This document shows, one piece after another, positions 54,411 to 64,000 of a DNA stretch of 64,000 bases. Origin of the DNA: Octopus bimaculoides (lineage: Eukaryota); NCBI RefSeq assembly GCF_001194135.2, contig NC_068986.1, forward strand, positions 69,841,352 to 69,905,351, in the 5' to 3' direction. The number at the start of each line of letters is the position of its first letter. Within the stretch, counting starts at the first letter, position 1. The notes under the pieces were generated by a model, which made no database searches, had not been told where the DNA came from, and saw only the letters and a program-made list of their open reading frames with translations. The position numbers were made by a program, and so were the translations under genes.

Positions 54411-56819
54411 AATATCTGGCTAAAAATATAATTACTGGGGTCAATTTGATCTCATGTACTCACCAATGAATGAACCATATAAAAGAATATAGTATGTGTC
54501 CTGTACTGACTGGATTACACGTAAATATGCTTATTATTTTATGACATTTATTATCGTTCAATCTAAACATGGATTAGTTATTTGCGAGATTTGTAAGTTT
54601 GGAGCTTTTATACGATAAATGTCGAAATATATATGAGCAGTTATTCTTATACTTTTCAATTTTTTTAAAGAAGACGGTTAGTAATACTCGTCTCCCACGA
54701 AATCTGTTAATATACAAGTGCTGCCATATAAAACGACCATTCACCAATGTTATAGTGCAAGTCAATCGAAGTTCAAATATTTGGTGAAAATCAAAAAATG
54801 GAATTTGAAACTCACAGTTCATAGCTGAAATTAGGTTTTACTTTCTGCTACTTGTACATCAATTTAGTCATATATGAATATAGGGTTAGGGTTATATAAC
54901 TACTGGGTGGTCTTCCGTATTTTCTTTGTTGTCCTATGGTCAGATGAAATATATGAAACTGGTGAGGTCATTAATCTTATTTCAATGAACAACCGTTAAA
55001 ATTTTTACAAGATAATACGGATTCAATATGTGGTGGACTTTTCTATTCAACATATTCTATCATACTAGTTCAATTTCTCGGATAAAGCATTTGTGTAATG
55101 TCACTATATAACTATATTTATTTTTGTTGTTTTGTTGTTAGTCTCTTGAGTCCAAGAAAGATGATTCCATAATTTCTTCTTTAACAGCCTGCACAGATGA
55201 TTTGTTTATAGTGATCAAATGTTTGTGCAATAATTTTATTCAGCTTCTCCATCAAATCGACGCTACCTGCACAATTGCATAGAGTGCTATACATCATTTG
55301 TCGAAGTGGTTGCACTATATTCATATAGTTATGCAACTATATTCATATAGATGAAATAGAAGACTACGTATATATCTATATTATATTACGCTCGATGCTA
55401 TTTTTACTTTGTATCTTTCCAAATCTTTGTCCAAAGAAATCCTTCCTTTCAACAATCTATTTGCCAATACAAATATCTTTTCCTACTTTAAGCACCAAAC
55501 CCTGGTATAATTACGCAGTTCATATATACTATCTTAAAATTTTTTGTGTGTTGTATATTTCTGCTGCAAGTTTTTGTTAGAAATACATTATTCTTAATAG
55601 AAATATTGAATTGCCATCAAATGCAATATCTTGCATCCTGAAATACCTTCGCTTTTCCTTTTATCCGATAAAAGTATTGCTCAGAATCACATACTTAATG
55701 TTACGTCGAGTTAGGAACCAAGATATAGACGCCCATAAATTAACTATCTAGATATATTTACACGAATAAAGCTGACCAAGCATATTAGTACGATAATTTT
55801 ATGTCCATTTAAAAGGACATATACACGGCCCTTTGAAGTAAGTATTTGTATAAATGTTATCAAAATCATTCATTAAAATACATCAAATTACTGTTCACTA
55901 TCATTCTTTTCACCAAATTCAATGTTATTTCTGTCCACGAGAATATTTTATCCCATACCGTTTCACTGCAAGTTCTTATATCTTTGATAGAATTATTGCA
56001 GAAAGAATGAATATGATTTTGGAATAACTAAATTACTAACTGCACCCCTGTGAGATTTTTCTACATCTATCACTTAAATATCATATTGAAGTGATTTAAA
56101 ATAACTTTCTTACCTTAAAGTTATTTAATCTACGCCAGTAGAGGATATCATATGCAAAAATTGCTTTTTCAATTGCCTTTCCAACTTTATTGTTTCAAAG
56201 TGGGAATTGTTGATTTATCATCCTATCATCTCCCTGACGACTGAAAAATAGATTAAACCAAAAGATATTGAAACGCTGTTGCAGGAGTTGTATAGATTAC
56301 ACATTTAAATGAAAATTGGCATGCCAATCAGTGTGCGCAGTTGTATTGCTAACCTATAATCTTTCTATATAGTAAATAATTAACTTTCAATGTCGTTAGC
56401 CTTTAGACGTGATAAAATGTAGCTACCAAAGCTGATAATGATATTACATAAATATTGCTTTTGTGGAGTGTTATGTAATTGGTGCTGATGTATGATTAGT
56501 GCATATTGACGTAGGATCCCTTACCATTATCAGCACAACAATCATCAGTCAATCTCGACATTGTGTCGATCACCATCTCACTTGTTACCAAAATGTCGTT
56601 ACTACCTTCTAAACACAGCTATGACAATCACCTCTACAACATAACGTAAGATACACAATTCACATTGTAAGGATGATAAACTTGTGGCTGTTACTCGTAT
56701 TTTCTCATAATTGATATATATATAATCTCCAGCATTTAAACACTATCTTTCTTAACATGATTTTTCTCTGAGTTTCATGAGGAATTTGTATTTACTCTGC
56801 GTGCTTAAGCTAAAGCAGG

Positions 56820-57060
56820 GAGTTGTTGTCACTCGTCTTTGCCTGTTTGTGTGTTTGCAAAATTACTGGAAAGTGGCTGAATGGATTTTCACCAAATTTG
56901 GCGGAAATACTCAGAGCATAAGCGGCTCGAAATCATAAAAAAATGGCTTGATTAGCTTCAAAACAGGCGGACGGGTTTATCAAAATGTTTTGCAGATTTT
57001 TTGCGAAAGAATTTATGTCCATGCAGGGTAAGCATCGTTTGGACATGTTCTCAGCACAAG
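56820..57060. mobile_element. Possible non-autonomous Helentron/MITE-like repeat
   Basis: GCCTGTTTGTGTGTTTGCAAAATTACT...ATGGATTTTCACCAAATTTGG resembles, from memory, motifs of HINE/DINE-like elements. No termini were defined. Confidence 0.25.
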
Positions 57061-58289
57061 AATCTATTACCAGCACCTAAAAACATGTATTATGTCTATT
57101 AAATACCATTTATCCCTCACCAGATGGTGTACTTTTTTTGTTGATCTTCGAGAAATAGTACACAATATATATATATATATATATANNNNNNNNNNNNNNN
57201 NNNNNNNNNNNNNNNNNNNNNNNNNNNNNNNNNNNNNNNNNNNNNNNNNNNNNNNNNNNNNNNNNNNNNNNNNNNTATACACGCAGAAGGTTGAAAAGGA
57301 ACACGTGAGTTGATATATATGGAAAAAAACGTCAAGGTAGAAAATGCTAAAATAATTTTATAAAAACATTTCAGTACCGGTTTCAGTCATTTAGTATGGA
57401 AAGCAATTGAATTTTGGAAAAATTAAAAGAAAAGTTTTTTAAAAGAATATTTTCATAGTATTCAAATACAAGGGACATATTCCTTGTTTCTGCCTGTCTC
57501 TGTCTCTTTTGTTTACTCTTGTGGGTTCGAAGTCGTTTTGAATTCTTGATAGGGAAGAAAAAGAAGAAGAAGGAGGAGGAGGAGGAGGAGGAGAAGTTCT
57601 TCTCCTCTGACCAATATATCCATCATGGACATGCGACCATGGAGAGACTCCCTATAACTGTTGATTAAAGATGTTTAAGCCTTTCAAGTAGAAACATTCG
57701 TACTGCATCAACTGAGCTGTGTAACGGACAAAGATACTTGTCAGCAAATCACATCTAGCAGTGTGTAAGCATAACGAGAAGTACAGTGGAGAAATGTGTT
57801 TTAATAACTTCAAACCAAGATAATCTGTGAAACAAGATTTGGAGAAATGTTTAATATAGTATGTTGTGTGAGAAAGACAAATCAGATTTAACGAGTGTAC
57901 TGGGTCGACCTGATAAAGTGAGTATGCAGATAGCTAACTCGGTTAAGGAGAGGCCGCTGTATTAGTTGAGGTGTCAGAGACGAAAAAGAATGTGTTTGTG
58001 AGTTATGTTTGATGCAACTTCATGAATGTACATTTGTAAACTGGTTGAATAGTGTTCATTTAGGTGCAGGCTGAAATATTTGTGTATGTAGTAAGTGTAA
58101 CAAATGCCACTTGAGCGTTATAGAGTGTCAAAGACCGATTACCGCTGATATATCTAGAATTGAAGAGGAAGCCTACTGTTTGTGAAATGCTTCTGGAAAA
58201 AGTATTTATGTTCGGCTACCAATAGCAATCATCAGCGTCTGTAAAGCTTAGCCAACGTAGCGATTTTGATGGTTTTTAATTGTTCTTCA

Positions 58290-58980
58290 TAACTAAGGAG
58301 AGAAAAGCGTACAAAATAGCTTTCTCCCCTCGATGGTTGTTTTTCAAAATATCTGCACATAGCAGTAGTACAATGTGGCAAGACATGTCTTCGTTGAGTG
58401 TGGTGGATAACTGTATGTTGAAAATTAAGTATTTCAGAATGGTATCATCACCGCAGGATTTTCTGTTGTCAGATTTGACAATAACCAAGTCATTAATGCA
58501 CTAAAGGAAGACTGTAGGAGAAAACCAGTACTTTGACGGAATACCAGGCATTACTGAGTGTAGTTTAGTGAGAACGTCTTCAGCACACCCTGAAAGTGTG
58601 CATTCTGATAAGGAACTTCTAACCAATGGGACTGAAACTTCCGATTAAGAGAAGTGTAGAGGCTATAAGCAGATTTATAGGCAATGCTTACACTGAAGTC
58701 AATACAACATTTTTCCGAACTTCTCAATGCTAAAAGACCATCGGGGCGTAACAGAAAAACAGTCTCTCAGTGGATCTGATGAGAGGTTAATAACTGACAG
58801 AATCAGAGAAGTACACTTTCTAATGATAGAACACATTTTGATGTATGAGATAGATCGCTGCAGAAATAGAAAAAGGTTGGAAATTTTTGCTTTAGTAGAA
58901 GCAATCTTTCGGGATCAGAGTTTGTGCAATGGAAGCGATACTTTTGATAGAAGTTTGTTAGCATTTGGTGAAGTGTGAAT
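58290..58980 (-). mobile_element. Highly decayed CR1/L2-type reverse transcriptase remnant
   Basis: - strand GIPSKYWFSPTVFL*CINDL...SCGDDTIL...LNEDM aligns by eye to GVPQGSxLxPxLFLxFINDL...YADD...LNxDL. Confidence 0.5.
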
Positions 58981-59571
58981 ATAGTGACAGGACTAACAGA
59001 ATAGAGAAAGTGAGTTGGAAGATTTATTTGCTCACGCGATCGAGTTGGAAAAAAAGAGGGCAGCAAATGGGAAGGCTTTCGAAATATTGCTACAAACGTA
59101 GCCATCGTATTTCAGGAAAGGTGGGTAGCAGCATTCACCAAGCCACTAGACGACATTTTAACAAATGCAGAGAAGCCAACTACTGTTTGAGTGGTAGGAA
59201 ACGATGCAAAATGCTTTATGTACAAACTTTTCGTTTGTATGTACTCAAAAATCCTCTTGATACTCTCACTCCTTGAATCATTTCCCAATGTACCATCTGT
59301 ACCCGTTATTGTCTCACCTACTCGTATCCCCACCCAATAATAGAATTCTTGATTTATAACCAACAGAAAATTTAGTGCTAAAAGTCTTCTGAGTCGCGAA
59401 AATACCTAGCTCCTGTATATATAGGTTTTTCATTTTCTCTTGATTTATGTTTATTGTGACAATTTATCCTAATCGATACCACGTGTTTTTTTTTGTTTTG
59501 TTTTTTTTTTCATGTCGCATTGCTTTTTCTGGGTTCTGTAGGGACATAACATTATCTTTTATTTTGTTATG

Positions 59572-59735
59572 TATTTCAGTCATTGGACTGCGGCCATACA
59601 GGGGTATCGCCTTGAAGCGTCGAATAAATGCCCCAGTACTTATTTAAAAACGTTTGATACTTCTATTAGGCTGTGTTGGCTAACTGCTAAATTACGGTGA
59701 CGTAAACAAACCAGTACCGGTTAGCAATCAACAAG
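59572..59735 (-). mobile_element. SINE family C
   Basis: TTTCAGTCATTGGACTGCGGCCAT...GCTAAATTACGGTGACGTAAACAAACCAGTACCGGTT. Confidence 0.75.
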
Positions 59736-59764
59736 GGGAAAAGTACATACACATAGATAGACAA

Positions 59765-59850
<86 letters not shown>

Positions 59851-59854
<4 letters not shown>

Positions 59855-60185
59855 CGTAGGTATGCACATACTTGTACGTATATATGCATATACTCATTTA
59901 TTATTTGTTTTTACATGACCGAACGCCAACGTCATCACTGTTGTAAGTAGTTATTTCAACTTTATATTTTCTGACGCGACTCTATCTCTTTCTCTATCAC
60001 TTTTTCCCCCTCTCGTTCTTCCTCTGTTACTACTACGTATCTCTCTTTACCCCTCTCGTTCTTCCTTCTGTTACTACTATATCTCTCTATTTCCCCCCTC
60101 TTACTTCCTTCTGTTACTACTATATTCCTCTCTTCCTGTCGTTGCCCACCTATTCTTCTACTTCCTCCCTTTGTTTCTCCCTCTA

Positions 60186-60222
<37 letters not shown>

Positions 60223-60746
60223 TACCCCCGCATGGTCACATGCTTCCGGTCACTAATCCTTTTCTTCCTTGGCTATCGCCGAGCAAACACGCGAACTTAC
60301 TTCGTCCCCACTTTCAAGTTCGTGCCTCACAGCGTTCATATACACATATTTTTTCCCATCTGGCCGCGTAGCCTTTTCCGTTTGTTTTCCTGTCTTGTTT
60401 TCTTTTCCGTTTGTTTTTCTGTCTTGTTTTTTGTCCGCCACTATATTCCCCCATGGCACAGGTTTAATTTGTGTATACAAATTTAATTTGCGGTCCATGG
60501 AAAGAGCCGTTTTAACGATGCGTCCTACCCAACTCTTCGAAACGCCGGTGTTAAAACGGGGATAGCTGATGAAGGAAAATGTTCTCTATGGGGCTTGTGT
60601 GTTTTCTGTACTCTGGTTAGTATTATTTTTTTGTCTACGTTTTGTTTGCAATGTCCTGTACCCAGATATGCACCTATATATACAGGTAGACGTAGGTATG
60701 CACATACCTGTACGTATATATGCATATACTCATTTATTATTTGTTT
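59851..60746 (+). mobile_element. 896-bp non-coding insertion with 60-bp terminal direct repeats, embedded in (TA)n
   Basis: 59851-59910 equals 60687-60746 (1 mismatch). (TA)n lies immediately upstream (59766-59850) and downstream (60747-60767). Confidence 0.8.
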
Positions 60747-60771
60747 ATATATATATATATATATATATACG

Positions 60772-60910
60772 CCAGGCTTCTTTTAGTGTCCACCTACTAA
60801 ATCCATTCACAAGGTTTGGTCGATCCGGACTTATAGTATAAGCCAGGGTGCCTTGCAGCGGGACTGAACCTGAAACCATGAAGTTGAGAAAAGAACTTCT
60901 TACTACACAA
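60772..60910 (-). mobile_element. SINE family B
   Basis: AAATCCATTCACAAGGTTTGGTCGATCCGG...GGGACTGAACCTGAAACCATG. Confidence 0.75.
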
Positions 60911-61741
60911 ACATACCTTCCAAAATTATACAGCGTCTATTAGTACAACCACAAAATTATTGACATCAACATCAAAGAGTTACATAAAGTGAGATGGAGA
61001 TATAATCATAAAACTAAAACGACACATTTAAAGCCAAAAATTCTTATTTATCCTGTCTTCAGTTTACTAACATTTGACTTTTTATTTGGTTTCCAACTTC
61101 GTTACAAAGAGGCATAAAAAAACTGCTATATAAAAATGACGTTTTATGTATGCTGCTTTACATAGGTAGTGAGGACGGTAGTTTTCTAAACGTTGACATG
61201 TAAAATCATAAAAAAATATCTCATCCGTTACATAAGTACTTCATCTATAGGTTAGTGTTACTTTTTGTGTCATGTATTCTCTTTCTCTTTCTCTGTTTCT
61301 TTGTTTAAGTTCGCGTGTGTCTCTCCCTTTCTTTCTCTTTCCCCTAGGAAACACATACATACACATGCACATACACACACGCACACACGTATGCATGTAT
61401 TTATACTACTCTAGCTGCATTTCAAATCATTATTACATTATACACCTTAAACATTTATAAACGAAAGTTTGTGAATATTACTATTTGGGGCTGGTACAGG
61501 GGCAACACCGAGAGAAATGACTGGTATGTTAATAAGTTTTCATGGAAGCATAAATCCCGGAATAGAACCTCTTTTAGATGATTCTCTCAATAGGAATTCA
61601 ACGCATATTTCTCCAGATGCTAAATTATATGCATATGCTTACGAAATGTCGGCACCAAATTCAAAGTTTATGTCACATAGAGGGACCTTACGGAAATGAG
61701 ATAAAACAGAGTGTATTATGTGTTCTTACACGACATCAAGT

Positions 61742-61866
61742 ACAGGCGTGGCCGTGTGGTAAGAAGCTTGTTTCCCAACCACATGGTTCTGGGTTCAGTC
61801 CAACTGCATGACACCTTCGGCAAGTATCTTCTACTATATAGCCTCGGAAACTGAAGGAAGCCTGTT
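61742..61866 (+). mobile_element. SINE family B
   Basis: AGGCGTGGCCGTGTGGTAAGAAGCTTG...GGGTTCAGTCCCAACTGC...CTACTATATAGCCTCGG. Confidence 0.8.
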
Positions 61867-62092
61867 TATATAAAATATGTATCCATGCTGAGCCGTTAAA
61901 CCCTACATATTTTTTTCTCTCTCGATTTTCCTTTTCGTTTTTTTTCTCCGCTTTTTTTTTACCTCTTAATACTTTCTGTCGAAGAGAGTAGGCTCGTAAC
62001 GTCAAAGATGTTTCCATTCTTCTAAAGCGTTAAACTAATACATCTGTTTTTTTGTCCTTCACCTGTCTTCGAAAGTTACCTATAAATTTGAA

Positions 62093-62130
<38 letters not shown>

Positions 62131-62255
62131 AGATATAAAAAGATATATACGAGTATATATACAGAAGGCCAGTAGGTGGGCTGGTAATGCGCTAGAAGAA
62201 GATCACATGTCATGTGTCTCCTATATATATATATATATNNNNNNNNNNATTTGAA

Positions 62256-62286
<31 letters not shown>

Positions 62287-62296
62287 CATGTCTCTT

Positions 62297-63175
62297 AAGA
62301 TCACAGTTCGTATTCTTGGGATGGTTACAGTGTAGCTCGTAATATCCGTGGGCATCGAGTAGATCATCTTCACGAATTCATTTCTTCAAGCGATATAACA
62401 TTCATAGATGTTTACCAGAGGCATGTTTATCCCTTTTGAGCAGTGCGAAGGTTAACTGAATTATATGGGTATTTCTGTGTGTATTTGGTGGGGAGGATAG
62501 GAAGGTGATAGAAAGAGAGGAAGGAATGGTAGTTATATGGGAAGGAGGTGTGGACTTATTTCGCTATTCAGTCTGCAGATTTCAAGAATGGGTCGTACAT
62601 TCTTTTGTTCGATCTCATTTAAGGTATGACTATCTTCAATGAATTCTGAAGTAAACATGTCGGTCAGTATAGCCACCACAACCATCAGCTGTAGGAGTTC
62701 ATTATCTGAATTGATAAATGGTACTTTCTTAGGGTGACCTTTTAATTGTTTCAGGTACAATGGTATGTATCCTAAATATCGGTTGGTTTGTCAATTTGCT
62801 TTTATTCCTTCCTTGTTTTATAAAGTGTTAAGGGCGGTTGATGTTATTCTGTTTCAAAATGGGGGTTTTTTTTTCAAATTCCAGAAACGATGTTTTGCTT
62901 TTATGTTCGAATGATATGATCACCTCTGAATGTCTATTTATCATGTTTTCCCTGGATGTGATGATTCCCAGAGTTTCTTCATGGCATATGTTGCATACCC
63001 ATGATGTTCCGGCGTAGCGTTTTTTTTTTCTTTATAATAGACCAGTGAGTCATATGCTTTATTCCATTCTGTTTGAGCCTCCAGACGAGGTTCGATAGTG
63101 ATCTAGAGTGTCACCCGATGCTCACAGATACTACGGACTACACTGTAATCAAACCAGGAATTACGGACTGTGAGA
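62297..63175 (-). mobile_element. Second Penelope-like remnant (C-terminal tail of the GIY-YIG ORF) bracketed by about 60-bp inverted repeats
   Basis: 62895-63050 (-) gives HWSIIKKKK, then after a +1 frameshift RYAGTSWVCNICHEETLGIITSRENMINRHSEVIISFEH, matching WxI...CxLCxxE...LNxRxE. 62301-62360 and about 63112-63172 are inverted at roughly 75-80% identity. Confidence 0.6.
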
Positions 63176-63439
63176 CATGTGATTTGTGGAAACGCGTGTA
63201 GTGAGGCATTAAATGTTTAAAAAATCTATCCAAGGATTATTGTTATATTTAATATTTTTATCCTACACTATATTGGTACCGCTCGATGCAACCCCCAAAA
63301 ATTAGTTCACCAGTCAGCATCATTAGACTGTGACCGGCATATGGAATAGGAGCTTTATATGCATTTTCAAAACGTTTCCCGTAAACAAATTTATAATACA
63401 TATAGATAATGTGTGAGTATGTGTCTTTGTATCTGTGTT

Positions 63440-63625
63440 TGTTTGCCACCATCGCTTGATAACCGGTGTTGGTGTGTTTACGTCCCTGTAACTTCGTGGT
63501 TCATCAAAAGACACCGATAAAATAAGTACCAGGTATGAAAAAATAAGTACTGAAGACGAATCATTTGACGAAGTAACAAGGCGGTGCTGCTAGCATGGCT
63601 GCAGCCTAATGACTGAAACGTGTAT
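63440..63625 (+). mobile_element. SINE family C
   Basis: CATCGCTTGATAACCGGTGTTGGTGTGTTTACGTCCC...GGCGGTGCTGCTAGCATGGCTGCAGCCTAATGACTGAAAC. Confidence 0.8.
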
Positions 63626-63707
63626 AAGATTTTTTTTTAAAAACCATTAAAAGTTGTTTTCTTATATATGCCCGTATATTATCAATTTACTGTTTTTCTT
63701 ATTCCAG

Positions 63708-63837
63708 AATATGCTCGCTACCAGACATGTTTTATTCTTCATAGTGACCACACTGAGAACTGCTTTAGCAAAATTACTAAAAAGACAGTTACTATATTTA
63801 CAAAACTTAAATATCCATCTGACGCAGTGTTCTGCAG
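63708..63837 (+). CDS. Coding exon 4 (phase 1 to 2) of the Cys-rich secreted protein gene; the gene continues beyond the window
   Basis: Acceptor TGTTTTTCTTATTCCAG, donor AG|GTAAGA. 130 nt encoding YARYQTCFILHSDHTENCFSKITKKTVTIFTKLKYPSDAVFC. Phase-compatible with exon 3. Confidence 0.88.
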
Positions 63838-64000
63838 GTAAGAATTCTTGATTTATTTTCTATCTGAACAGTTTTCTAGAGTTAAGTATGAAAGTCAAAA
63901 TAAGAAAACAAAACAAAATATTGCTCCATATACAAACCTTAACAAAAAGGTTTTTTTAGATTTTGATATCTAGGCAATGTTTTCTTAAGATAGGTACAAT

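Noticed and set aside
54880-54895. TAGGGTTAGGGTTA, and CTAACCCTAAC at about 46023, as interstitial telomere
   Set aside because: Only about two units; uninformative.
55195-55290. Cys-containing phase-1 frame after TTTAACAG (CTDDLFIVIKCLC...)
   Set aside because: Ends in TAG with no donor; exon 63708 continues the Cys pattern properly.
56110-56245. - strand segment with a good acceptor and GTAAGA donor
   Set aside because: Stop codons in all three frames.
62087-62290. ATTTGAAATACATATATA... repeated on both sides of the 10-N gap
   Set aside because: Most likely a contig-overlap artefact at a (TA)n gap.

Overview
AT-rich animal DNA dense in microsatellites and SINEs, with eight N-gaps. The SINE families and simple-repeat load look like an octopus (coleoid cephalopod) genome; this is recognition from memory, not a database result. 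There is no rRNA, CRISPR array, operon or intact long ORF, and nearly all ORF-track entries are microsatellite translations or chance ORFs. The main content is: (1) a + strand spliced gene absent from the ORF track, with four phase-compatible coding exons (16771-16831, 30438-30591, 53563-53702, 63708-63837, continuing past the window). It encodes a signal-peptide-bearing, Cys-rich protein with an internal exon-aligned repeat. (2) Penelope-like (GIY-YIG) retroelement remnants with inverted ends and hammerhead-ribozyme-like motifs, including a 654-bp foldback with a near-canonical minimal hammerhead and an 896-bp insertion with 60-bp terminal direct repeats. (3) Decayed mariner, RTE, R4/Dong-like, HERO-like and CR1/L2-like elements, two palindromic MITEs and over 20 SINE copies. 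(4) Two near-perfect 160-210-bp inverted local copies about 1 kb from their source. Exon, TIR, repeat and ribozyme coordinates were counted from the sequence; SINE and LINE boundaries are approximate.
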